NCBI GenBank assembly: GCA_016711605.1
Contig: JADJSS010000004.1
Coordinates: 2,320-66,319, forward strand
Length of the DNA: 64,000 nt
Source of the DNA: Saprospirales bacterium
Lineage (GTDB): Bacteria; Bacteroidota; Bacteroidia; Chitinophagales; JADIYW01
Direction of reading: 5' to 3'
Below are positions 38,701 through 47,645 of the stretch, one piece after another. The position numbers and the translations under genes were made by a program. Every line of letters starts with the position of its first letter. The first letter of the stretch is position 1. The notes below the pieces were generated by a model. The model worked only from the letters and a program-made list of their open reading frames with translations, did no database searches and was not told where the DNA came from.

Positions 38701-40338
38701 AGTAATAATACACATCCTCAAAGTGTTTATACTCGTTCTGATTCTTTTGATGTTCAGTTAGTAGTTGTTGATACGAATAATTGCGTAGACACAGTAAGAA
38801 AAGAGAATTACATTATTGTTTCAGGACCTCAAGGTAGTTTCTCGTTCACACCTGATTCTGGTTGTTTGCCTTTGCAAGTTCAATTTAATGCTCAATTTAA
38901 AAATACTACAACTACCATTTGGGACTTTGGTAATGGTGACACAAGAGAAGATCATTCATTAGCTAATAACATAAGTTTCACTTATTTAAGAGAAGGTGAA
39001 TACACACCAACTTTAATTTTGAAAGATAATTTTGGTTGTACCATAAATTTAATTCCAACTAAAAAAGTAAATGTTGCTCGTATGTATTCTAGATTTGATC
39101 TCGATAAATACAATATTTGCAGCGGTGATGGTCAGTTTACTATTTTAGATTCTTTATATACATCACCAAATTCAAGCATCACTAAAAATTATTGGACAGT
39201 TACAGATTCTCTAAAAGTTGATACATTAACTGTGAAATCATTTACACCACCACACCATGGTTTTTATACGTTTGATTATTATGCAGAAAACACATTCGGT
39301 TGTAAAGTACGTCAAACTAAAACAGCAAGCGTATTTTCTAAACCTAATCTTATTTCATCAGATGATAAAGTAATTTGTAAAGGCGAACAAATTCCATTAA
39401 ATTTAAATACCAATGCAACAACGATTCAATGGTCTCCAGCCACTGGATTAAATAACTCAACTAGTTCGTCAGTTATTGCAAAACCAACTGATAATACAGT
39501 TTATACTATCAAAGCATTTTTAAATCCAATGTGTCCGATTTATGATACTATAAAAGTTGATGTGCGAACTTCATTAAGTGCAAGAGCATATCCTGATACA
39601 TTTATTTGCGTTGGTGATACAGTGCAGTTACATGCAGAAGGTGAAAGTACTTCATTAAATCAAACTACAATTGTGTGGCAAGCATCCAACACGCTGTCAG
39701 ATACTAAGATTCCAGATCCATTGGCTTTTCCAAAAACAAGAACTACTTACTATGCAACTTTTAAAAATGGAACTTGCGTTATACCAACCATTCCAGTTAC
39801 GGTTGATGTAAAAAAATTACCATCAGTAAAAGCAGGTGATGAGCAAATTGTTATTAAAGGAATGGAAGCTATTTTAACTGCAACTTCACCAGATAATGTA
39901 ACCTACGCTTGGAGCGAAAATTATTTTTTATCATGTTTAGATTGCGCCAATACAACAGCAAAACCTGAACAAGACACAACTTACCGAGTTACTGTAACTA
40001 ATGAGTTTGGCTGCACTGCAAGCGATGATCAGCACGTACGAATTATTGAAGATTGCAATGGAGACGCCGTATTTATACCAAATACTTTTACACCTAATGG
40101 TGATGGACAAAACGACATTTTAAATGTTTACGGACCTGGTGTTCAAAGTGTAAAACAGTTTAGAATATTCAATCGCTGGGGCGAATTGGTGTTTGATACG
40201 CGCGATATGAATTTTGGCTGGGACGGAACTTTTAAAAACGAAAAATTATTGCCTGCTGTTTTTGTATATTATGTTGATGTAGAATGTATTGATGGCAGAC
40301 GAACAATTAAAAAAGGAAACATTACTCTAATAAGATAG
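35713..40338 (+). CDS. Giant PKD-repeat surface protein with a type B T9SS sorting domain (gliding-motility-associated C-terminal domain)
   Basis: About 13 PKD-like repeats are marked by W(D/N)FG(D/N)G motifs. The C-terminus FIPNTFTPNGDGQNDIL...FNRWGELVF...GWDG matches the CHU_C/type B sorting domain. Confidence 0.9.
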   Translation: MLTSLPKLVACFTAIRRYLSVILLFFILICTKNNCEAQLNANFTPSKDKGCAPLFVNFINTSTGNQDSCFWNLGVNGNTSDDCNPGAIFNSPGIYTIKLTIFKAGASSTISKTITVFKDPISNFTALPRIGCVPFDVQFQDLSTIGDAPITNWTWDFGDGNINTTRNPLHTYINSGNSSVSLIVTDANGCKNTITKDDFIIKSTKPSVDFSINKTHTCLLPFAAQFTSTVSSTSAVTYLWDFGNGATSTTANPTYNYNQYGNFNVLLTVKDANNCTATKAIPNAVRLEKFDVQANLPTSACTDKNIKPTVFSNYSPFYCDWNFGNGQTSTSNTPTFNYDLPGSYTINLTATNDDGCRDSANFNIQVNEAPKVGFTINQTASCVAANFSFTNTSTGANQYRWIIKKGGVTVETSNEVNPSFYIDDFGLYEVILEATSPSGCKSTLDSTDAIYVGKDRMNPVADKDKGCKTLRVHFNANLTHYFTPTSVVWDFGDGTTGTGENPYHNYTDTGTFYVTVTANYDAPCSPIKKRIGPIRVGDKYPFSGDFDLTSVCVNKETVTYDASGGISTTEFTWIFGDGTDQGRNVTHIYTTPSQPEKYMVSLIAENNTCKDTLEIKEIFVAYPEARFSTTQICGAQTVNFKNDSKGHDRTFWDFGDGTTSNTMDKNFSHVYPSSFTSTSILLIVYNDSTGCVDSMRKNINFSVFDSIGFTVLNKKGCAPVLVIFKAPLDTNIISYSWDLGNGLRVNGNPAIGFYPNAGSYIVHLNVRYRNGCSVQSSIEDTVTVIDMQPNFILQKISGCNPANYSFTNISNSADAPITLSTWRLDNGTPKFGDDVNFTINGVGNHSVKLVVENAFGCKDSVNKKINIVPVKADFSVNKNDVCAGTEIKFKNLSTGDNLKYLWDFGDGTTSSDFEPIHVFASERSYTIKLKVYDGTGCEDNMVKNSFVRIKNLHVNFSASPTYKTCPDLISDFQLQAPANTQFKDIIWDFGNGNQSNSNNTHPQSVYTRSDSFDVQLVVVDTNNCVDTVRKENYIIVSGPQGSFSFTPDSGCLPLQVQFNAQFKNTTTTIWDFGNGDTREDHSLANNISFTYLREGEYTPTLILKDNFGCTINLIPTKKVNVARMYSRFDLDKYNICSGDGQFTILDSLYTSPNSSITKNYWTVTDSLKVDTLTVKSFTPPHHGFYTFDYYAENTFGCKVRQTKTASVFSKPNLISSDDKVICKGEQIPLNLNTNATTIQWSPATGLNNSTSSSVIAKPTDNTVYTIKAFLNPMCPIYDTIKVDVRTSLSARAYPDTFICVGDTVQLHAEGESTSLNQTTIVWQASNTLSDTKIPDPLAFPKTRTTYYATFKNGTCVIPTIPVTVDVKKLPSVKAGDEQIVIKGMEAILTATSPDNVTYAWSENYFLSCLDCANTTAKPEQDTTYRVTVTNEFGCTASDDQHVRIIEDCNGDAVFIPNTFTPNGDGQNDILNVYGPGVQSVKQFRIFNRWGELVFDTRDMNFGWDGTFKNEKLLPAVFVYYVDVECIDGRRTIKKGNITLIR

Positions 40339-40362
40339 AAATAAACATTAAAACATACAAAG

Positions 40363-41391
40363 ATGAAAACCCTAACCATCCTTGCAATAGTATTAACTAT
40401 TGGTATCAAAACGTATGCACAAGATGAGCACTCTTCGCAATTTTATGCCATACCTTCGAAAACAAATCCTGCATTTACTGGATTTTTTAACAACGATTAT
40501 TTTATCGCGGCATCTTACAGAACGCAATGGAATACAGTTACAGTTCCATACCAAACAGTTGGTGCATCTTTGGAAATGTCACTCTTAAAAAATAAACATC
40601 CAAATTCATTCATTGGTGTTGGATTGGAAATTATGCACGACCAAGCTGGTACCACTAACTTTCAAACCAATCAAATCAGCTTAAATTTATCGTATTTACA
40701 AGTGTTGGATGTAAATAGAAGTCATATCATTGGAGTTGGTTTCCAAAATGGAATGATGATGAAAAGTTTCGATTTTTCAAAAGCTACTTTTGGCAATCAA
40801 TTTAATGGGTTTGATGGATTTAATCAAGGAATGAGTCCTAATGAAAATGGATTAAACACCAAACAAATAGATTATAATATTGGTATTGGTGGTGTCTATT
40901 CATATGCACCAGCAGCACACAAAAATTTATATGCAGGTTTTTCTGCTTTCAATATCACACGACCGAATATTTCGTTTTATGATGGCACAGAAATCAGACA
41001 AAATGTGCGTTATGTTGCAACGTTAGGTGGTGAAGTTGGTATAAAAGGAAGTTGGTCTATGTTGCCATCAATTTTGTTTCAATCACAAGGAAACAATAGA
41101 GAAATTGTTGTTGGTTCTTTTGTAAAATATAGTTTAATAAGAAATAGAAAAGAACGATTAGCATTCAACGTTGGTGCGTGGTATCGCGTAAAAGATGCCA
41201 TTATACCTGCCATTAAATTAGAATATAAAAACATAAACGTAACTGCAAATTTTGATATCAATGTCTCAAAATTAACCAAGGTTAGCAAAGCCATTGGAAG
41301 TGCAGAAATTTCTATTTCTTATTCAGGAAATTTATTTAAAGAACACGTAAAACCAAATAAACCAGTGCATTGTCCGTCTTTTATTTTTTAA
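40363..41391 (+). CDS. PorP/SprF family type IX secretion membrane protein
   Basis: After the signal peptide the mature N-terminus reads QDEHSSQFYAIPSKTNPAFTGFF, and the rest is beta-barrel-like. The gene lies 24 nt downstream of the type B cargo gene. Confidence 0.85.
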   Translation: MKTLTILAIVLTIGIKTYAQDEHSSQFYAIPSKTNPAFTGFFNNDYFIAASYRTQWNTVTVPYQTVGASLEMSLLKNKHPNSFIGVGLEIMHDQAGTTNFQTNQISLNLSYLQVLDVNRSHIIGVGFQNGMMMKSFDFSKATFGNQFNGFDGFNQGMSPNENGLNTKQIDYNIGIGGVYSYAPAAHKNLYAGFSAFNITRPNISFYDGTEIRQNVRYVATLGGEVGIKGSWSMLPSILFQSQGNNREIVVGSFVKYSLIRNRKERLAFNVGAWYRVKDAIIPAIKLEYKNINVTANFDINVSKLTKVSKAIGSAEISISYSGNLFKEHVKPNKPVHCPSFIF

Positions 41392-41440
41392 AAGACATTC
41401 AGTGCTTGCCTTTAGTGTTATGTATGTAAGTCAATGTGAA

Positions 41441-41474
41441 AGATTTTTCCGAAGAGTAAGCTTCGGAAAAATCT
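41441..41474. terminator. Bidirectional terminator between convergent genes
   Basis: A 14-bp perfect stem agatttttccgaag/cttcggaaaaatct with a 6-nt loop has A/T runs on both sides. Confidence 0.8.
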
Positions 41475-41491
41475 ATTTTTATTTAAAGCTG

Positions 41492-42274
41492 TCAGACTGA
41501 GCTTGTCAAAGTCCTTGCCGAAGTCATAAAATACGCATCATGTTCCAATAAAAATGCTTCCATTTTTTGTCGAACAAATAATTTTAATGCTTCTAAATTT
41601 TCAATAGTATAGCCATCAGTTGAAATTGCTGGTAAATGTGTAACTTCTAAAATACCTGGTTGCAACAACAACGTATCTACTTTATTTAGTTTTCTTAAAT
41701 TCGTCAACATCACTGGTAAAATAGGCACTTTCGCATCAATGGCTAATTCAAATGCACCATCAAAAAATGGTAACAACGGTTCCTTTGTTCGGTTGCGTGT
41801 ACCTTCAGGAAACAAGAAAATAGAAATGCCTTGTTTCAAATCACTCAACATACGTACTTTACTGGCATGTCGCGCTTCTTTACTGCTTCTGTCAACTGGT
41901 AAACACATCAAACTAAATAATTGTCCGAGACCTGGAACATACGTCAATTCTTTTTTGATCAATGGTTTTGCAAACACACGCAAGCCATAAGAAATCGCCA
42001 TTAAATCAGCAGCATTCACATGGTTCGCAACTACAATATACGTTTGGTTTTTATCAATATTTTCTAAGCCACGAATTTTATAACGAAAGCCAACCAGTGC
42101 CGACCAAATGAAAATAAAAAATCGATTGATATAATAAACACCAACAATTTGTTTTGTATAAGGAATGAGTTTTAGCGTTAAATATCCAATCATCATTGGA
42201 ATGGTTAATATCAAAAAACTAATCACATTCCAAATGCTGTAAAAAAACTTAAGTATGGTTAATAGGAGTTTCAT
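41492..42274 (-). CDS. plsC: 1-acyl-sn-glycerol-3-phosphate acyltransferase
   Basis: It has NHVNAAD (HX4D) and FPEGTR motifs and N-terminal TM helices. Confidence 0.85.
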   Translation of the reverse strand: MKLLLTILKFFYSIWNVISFLILTIPMMIGYLTLKLIPYTKQIVGVYYINRFFIFIWSALVGFRYKIRGLENIDKNQTYIVVANHVNAADLMAISYGLRVFAKPLIKKELTYVPGLGQLFSLMCLPVDRSSKEARHASKVRMLSDLKQGISIFLFPEGTRNRTKEPLLPFFDGAFELAIDAKVPILPVMLTNLRKLNKVDTLLLQPGILEVTHLPAISTDGYTIENLEALKLFVRQKMEAFLLEHDAYFMTSARTLTSSV

Positions 42275-42654
42275 ACAATAAAATTAAACAAATTATCTTA
42301 ACCATGATTATTTCGATTAAATGATTTTCTTGATTTACTAAACATAGATAACACAAATTAATTTTCAACTAAAGGTTTTAAGGTGAAAATAAGAATAAAA
42401 AAAATCATGTCATAATAAGTCATCTAAATGAAAAAAGAAACAAAGAATTAATAATTGTTCATTAGCAACATCAGTAAGTTATAATCGTCTTTAGATTCTT
42501 TTGTTGTCCGATTTTTCGGACACCCTAAGGGGACAATACGGTTTCTCCTCCTTTTAATCGCTGTTTCAGTTTGTTCCAATATGCAAGTTTGTTATCAGTC
42601 AATGATAAAAAATCATATCAATCATAAAAATCAACTAAATCAGCGGTTCAGACA

Positions 42655-42693
42655 ATTAAAAAAGTTCGGAACTCTAAAAGAATTCCGAACTTT
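42655..42693 (-). terminator. Rho-independent terminator after the decayed T9SS cargo gene
   Basis: An 11-bp stem aaagttcggaa/ttccgaacttt is followed by a T-run on the minus strand. Confidence 0.7.
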
Positions 42694-42741
42694 CACTACA
42701 AACTATTAAACTTAAATTTATTTATCTACGTTTTATTGCGA

Positions 42742-45732
42742 TTATTCTTTCACAATCTTTCCAGCAGCAACTAATTCACCATCATGTTCAATTCTGTATA
42801 AATAAATCGCAGCAGGCAAATCAGCAGCAAATAATTCTACTTTATTGGTTACGGTTTGCGTTTGTATCAATGCGCCATTTAAATTGTATAACTTAAACTG
42901 ATACGTTGTATTTTGTTTATTATCTGATTTAATTTCTATCGTGCATTTGTCATTAAATGGATTTGGATAAGCATTGGTTGCCGCTTTTATTTTATTTTCT
43001 ATTACAGAAGAAATTATTCTGAAATAAGAATCAGTAACAGTGTGCAGTGTAGTATTTGTTTTTACTGGATGATTCGCATCGAAATAAATATCTGCATGAT
43101 TATAGATTTTATCATTCGCTTTATTTAGTGTGTCTTGCGCAATTGAATAGGTAAAGAATCCATGTGACAAAGGTTCGTTATGAAAAGAATCAACCAGATT
43201 GATATTTCGGAAAATTACTTTTAAAACAGCATTACCTTCACCATAAATTTCATACGAATATGGATGAGAAGCCGCGCCCATTTGTAGCTTGCTCACATCT
43301 AATTTATTGGAAATCGTATCTAAAATATAAATATCATACGCAGTATCAGTGCCTGTGTTTTGGAAACGTATTTTATAATTGATGTCGGTTTTTTTTGCAA
43401 TATAATGTTGGTTATCGAAACCAGTTGGCGTGCCTTCTTTATCATTCGGATCAAAAGAGTTTCTGTTTTGTGTGCAGTTAATAGCAATAAAATCTGCGCC
43501 ATCATTATTTGGAAACTGCGTAACAAAACCAGGATTTAAACCACCACAATTTTCCACCACAGCTGTTGGATTGCTTGGATATGGAAAGTAATCTACCTGT
43601 TCTGCATACAAGCGTTGTGTTGTTCCGTTGGCAGGTCGTTTTATAAGAATTTCTTGTCCAGCATTCAATTGAAAATTAATTGGCATAATGCGCAACACAT
43701 TGTCTTCAATAACAATATATCCTTTTTATTTGCGACATATTGCCTGAACCGATATTGCGAATACGAAACAACACCGAATCGCCTAAGCATCTGCCATCAA
43801 CAGATACGTTAGCTCTGTCCCAGCGCGGATCTATTGGTGTGCAAACAGAATCAGGATAGATATGTGCTTCTACACATTGCGTAGTGCCTAAAACTGCACT
43901 GCAATTTAAAGTGGTGTTGACGGTAAACAGACCGCAACTGTCTTCTTTTATAGTGCCAACTTGAAACGTGTATTTATTGCCAATGTTTGTATAAGGTACA
44001 GAAGCAGAATTAACAGCTAGCAACGAGTCAAAATCAACTACAACCGTTGCGCCAATTGCATCTGCCGTGCCTGTGTTGCAGTGATTAACAACATATGTAT
44101 TTGACATACATGGTCTTAATCTACTGTTATCAATCGAAACTGATAAATTTGGACAAGCAATTAAACGTTTTAAATAAAAATTCTGATTGACCGTGTCTGT
44201 TGTCCCATTTATACTAAATGTTTGCGTAGTTGGACAAGCTTGCCATAAATTATTAGGTTCAAGTACTTTAGAAGTAAAACTTCCAGAATCGACATACATT
44301 TCAAATTTGCCGTTGTTATCTGTATAATCGTAATATTTGTATGGTATTGGTACATTTGTTTTTGTTACTTCAATTGTTCTACCTTTAAATGGACTGTCTG
44401 TGTTTGCATCAAAACTGCAGTTAGCGTTGCGATCTTTATATACATTACCACTATAAACACCATATTTTTCTGAAAGCGGAAGAATGCACATAAAAATACC
44501 TGAATCTTTTAGATTAATTAGACCTAACTGCAAATAAGTTGTATCAAAATTTTCATCAATCCAAGTTGTACCATAACCCATTTTTTTTGAAACCTGCCTT
44601 TATAATAAACAGAAAAACTATCAGGCAGCGGATTGATAGACTGTAAATTTGCAATGCTTCCTGTATGACTTAAATTTAAATTATAGAAAACTGGCTTATA
44701 GCTTAAAAATGAAAATTGTTCATAAGCTAAATTTATATATCCTTTATTGTAAAGTGGATATGCAATACTCATAATAGTATAAGTATTGCTATTTGAGTGA
44801 ATTCTTTAGCTAATTTATTTGCTGTGTTTAATTCTAAAATTTCAAAAGGTTCAGTTGTCCTTATTACTGATATAGTCATTCTATTATTTATTATTTTAAA
44901 ATCACCAATGAAACTGATGTAATTTCCTACTGAATTATATTCAAATAAATATTATCCTTAAATCTGAATGAATCCAACTGAATTAAATTTCCATTTTTGC
45001 TGATTTTCAATAGACCTAACATAAAAGGTTCGTTTTGAACTGTATCCAAAAATTGTAATGAATCATACATGGAAACTCCAATATAAATAAAGCTATCAAT
45101 CATATTTATTGAATAATTTTACTAAAATATCACTATATGCATTACCTGTATAATATAATCCATGTAAAAAGGCAGTATCACTCAAATAATTTTTTGACCA
45201 AATCAAGTTTAAATCTTTATCATATTTTTCTAATTTCAACTGTGCTACCACTACCATTTCTTAATGTAGTGTCAGATAAAATCCAAAAGTTTTTGTATAA
45301 TATGGAAAATAACCAGTAAACGTATTGTTTTCATTATCGTATATTTTGATATTTGGATATGGTAAAATACTATTAGCTCCAAAATACAAATGCATTTCAG
45401 AAACAGGTGAATAATTATTTAGGTAGTAATTAGCATAATTACATAATCCATAAGGCAATTTTTTCCTTTTGATTAAATTGCCTTGCAAATCGTATTTTGC
45501 AATGTATATTTTTGTTGAATCTGAAAAGGGGCTTTTTATGTGCTTCGATTGTGAAAATATTGTTACTTGTAATTCTTGCCTGTAAAAGTTCATTATTTAA
45601 ATAATATTTATTTACAACAGAATCTCCTGAATCCATCCTGTCCTTCAATAAAATTACATTTTGTGCTTTGTTATTTTGGCAAAAACAAAAAACAAAAAAT
45701 AATAAAATGCCTGTTCTAAGTGCGTTCTTCAT
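42742..45732 (-). pseudogene. Decayed T9SS cargo gene (type A Por C-terminal sorting domain) with multiple disruptions
   Basis: It starts with the signal peptide MKNALRTGILLFFVFCFCQNNKAQ (ATG at 45732). It ends with YPNPFNDKCTIEI...IYLYRIEHDGELVAAGKIVKE. My hand translation needs about seven corrections. These include an in-frame TAA at 45261-45263, a T8 run at 44581-44588 and a T5 run at 43723-43727. Confidence 0.75.
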
Positions 45733-45851
45733 ATCAATAAATTTAGCTGTTTTTTTATAATATCTACGTTTGCAATTCAAAGATGCGTGCTTTTATTTAT
45801 ATTATCTGCTACAAATTTTGGCTGTTATCGAGTTTTTTTGTAAATAATTTT

Positions 45852-45935
45852 TTGCCTCAACCTGTCAAGCTACGCTTGACCACCTTCTCCATTTGGAGAA
45901 GGTGGTCTCGCCAAAGGCGAGATCGGATGAGGCAA
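45852..45935. other. 84-nt G+C-rich element of four perfect stems (closing stem plus three abutting hairpins)
   Basis: The closing stem is ttgcctca/tgaggcaa. H1 is gtcaagc-tac-gcttgac, H2 is caccttctcc-attt-ggagaaggtg and H3 is tctcgcc-aaa-ggcgaga. It lies in a divergent intergenic region. Confidence 0.55.
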
Positions 45936-46004
45936 TCATAATAAATAATACATTCTAACTAGAACCAATCTTCGGTAAACTCAGTTTAACATGAATGCGA
46001 AGTT

Positions 46005-46046
46005 TAATTACTAATCACAAATAACTATTTACTTATAACTAACTTA
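46005..46046. repeat. Degenerate heptamer array (6 units)
   Basis: The units are taattac taatcac aaataac tatttac ttataac taactta. The array lies upstream of the 46083 gene. Confidence 0.55.
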
Positions 46047-46082
46047 TCGATATATTTTGTAAATTTAGCCATAAAATAAATC

Positions 46083-47486
46083 ATGTATCAAAGCAAATTC
46101 ATTGATATATTCGAGAAATTAACCAAAGCCGAACGCCATCAGTTTCGAAAATGGACGCAGTCGCCATTTGCCAATCCACGTGAAGATGTAGCAAAATTGG
46201 TAGAGTTTGTATTATCCAAACGTAGTATTACAGCTGCAACCGTAAATCGCAAACAGGCATTTGCGTTTGTGTTTCCTTATAAAAAATTCGACGAGCAATT
46301 ACTGCGCTACACCATGAGTTATGCAACCGATTGTCTCGAAGCATTTTTGGCATATTATAATTGGAAAGAAGATGCGATGCAACCTGCCATTGTATTAACG
46401 CAAACATACAATCAACGCAACTTAAATTCGTTGGCTGTTAAACAATTAACTATCACACAAAATAGATTGCAACAATCTGTTTTTAAAGATAGTCAACACT
46501 ATGCACAAACATTTTCATTAGAAGTGGTGCGCTATAATTTAATGAGTAAAAACAAGCGTTACGAAGATTTTAATTTACAAAAGATTTCCGATTCCATGCA
46601 TCAATATGCAATCGTTGAAATATTGCGATATGCTTGTGTAGCGCAGTCTTTTAAGCAGGTTTCAGGCAAAGCGACCGATTTTTTATTGTTAGAATCGATT
46701 TTGCAATTAATTGAAAACGGACATTATAAGGATGAAGCAGCTATTCAAATTTATTACTTGTTGTATCGATTAACAACACAGCCAAACGATAATGATTTCG
46801 ATAAATTATACGATGCTGTTTTTAAATATGAAAGTTGTTTTAAGGAAAACGAATTGAAAGATATTTTCTTGCTGACGATTAATTATTGCATCAAACAACT
46901 CAACACAGGCAAGCAATTGTATGCGCAGCGTGCGTTCACTTTGTATTTGCATGCACTTGATAAAAAATATTTATTGGAAAATGGCGAATTGAGCCGATTT
47001 ACTTTTAAAAATATTGCTTATATCGGTATCAAACGACTACAAGATTTTAATCGATCTTCGCAATTTATTGACAAGTATAATATTTATGTAAATGAAGCTT
47101 TCAGAGAAAATTCGATACAGTTTACAAAAGCAACTTTATATTATGCGCAAAAGCAATACTCAAAAGCAATGCGTATCTTGCAAACAGTAGAATTTACGGA
47201 TGTTTTGTGGAATATTGATGCAAAAATTCTAATCATAAAAATGCTGTTTGAACTAAAAGAATTCGATTCCATTTTACCACAAATCAAGAGTTTAAAAATG
47301 TATGTATATCGCCAAAATGATATCGGTTATTTCAAAACCATTCATCAAAAAACGATTGTTTATGTTGGATTATTGTATAAAAATATATTTGCTACCAAAA
47401 CACAAAAAAGTAAGTTTAAAATAGCAATTGAATCTGAAAAAGATTTGGTAGAAAAAGAATGGCTGTTAGAAATACTAAACATTTAA
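46083..47486 (+). CDS. Hypothetical all-helical (TPR-like?) protein, 467 aa
   Basis: The ORF is long and clean with coding-like composition. I recognise no motif. Confidence 0.5.
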   Translation: MYQSKFIDIFEKLTKAERHQFRKWTQSPFANPREDVAKLVEFVLSKRSITAATVNRKQAFAFVFPYKKFDEQLLRYTMSYATDCLEAFLAYYNWKEDAMQPAIVLTQTYNQRNLNSLAVKQLTITQNRLQQSVFKDSQHYAQTFSLEVVRYNLMSKNKRYEDFNLQKISDSMHQYAIVEILRYACVAQSFKQVSGKATDFLLLESILQLIENGHYKDEAAIQIYYLLYRLTTQPNDNDFDKLYDAVFKYESCFKENELKDIFLLTINYCIKQLNTGKQLYAQRAFTLYLHALDKKYLLENGELSRFTFKNIAYIGIKRLQDFNRSSQFIDKYNIYVNEAFRENSIQFTKATLYYAQKQYSKAMRILQTVEFTDVLWNIDAKILIIKMLFELKEFDSILPQIKSLKMYVYRQNDIGYFKTIHQKTIVYVGLLYKNIFATKTQKSKFKIAIESEKDLVEKEWLLEILNI

Positions 47487-47540
47487 TATCTACTTAACGT
47501 CAATAAAATGCTATAATTCAAGATTATATAGTCATTTTCT

Positions 47541-47548
47541 TATTTTTG
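47541..47548 (+). promoter_or_regulatory. Candidate -7 box (TATTTTTG) for thrA-thrB
   Basis: It fits TAnnTTTG and lies about 97 nt upstream of the thrA ATG. Confidence 0.35.
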
Positions 47549-47617
47549 CTGAAATGCTCTTAGTTGTGGTTCGTGTCTCACGTACTGTTGCAAAGCAAGA
47601 GTATAAGTAGAAATAAA

Positions 47618-47645
47618 TCATACATCGTAAATCATTATTCATAAA
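47618..47645. repeat. Degenerate heptamer array (4 units) abutting the thrA start codon
   Basis: The units are tcataca tcgtaaa tcattat tcataaa, followed directly by the thrA ATG. Confidence 0.55.

Noticed and set aside
35713-40338. Internal repetition of the giant gene as a DNA-level repeat or mobile element
   Set aside because: The repetition is at the protein-domain level (diverged PKD units marked by WDFGDG) without long near-identical nucleotide copies.
47554-47610. The small ORF MLLVVVRVSRTVAKQEYK upstream of thrA as a threonine attenuation leader peptide
   Set aside because: It has only one Thr and no Ile, so it lacks the regulatory codon run expected for a thr leader. It is not followed by an obvious terminator/antiterminator pair. 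It would start essentially at the predicted transcription start.
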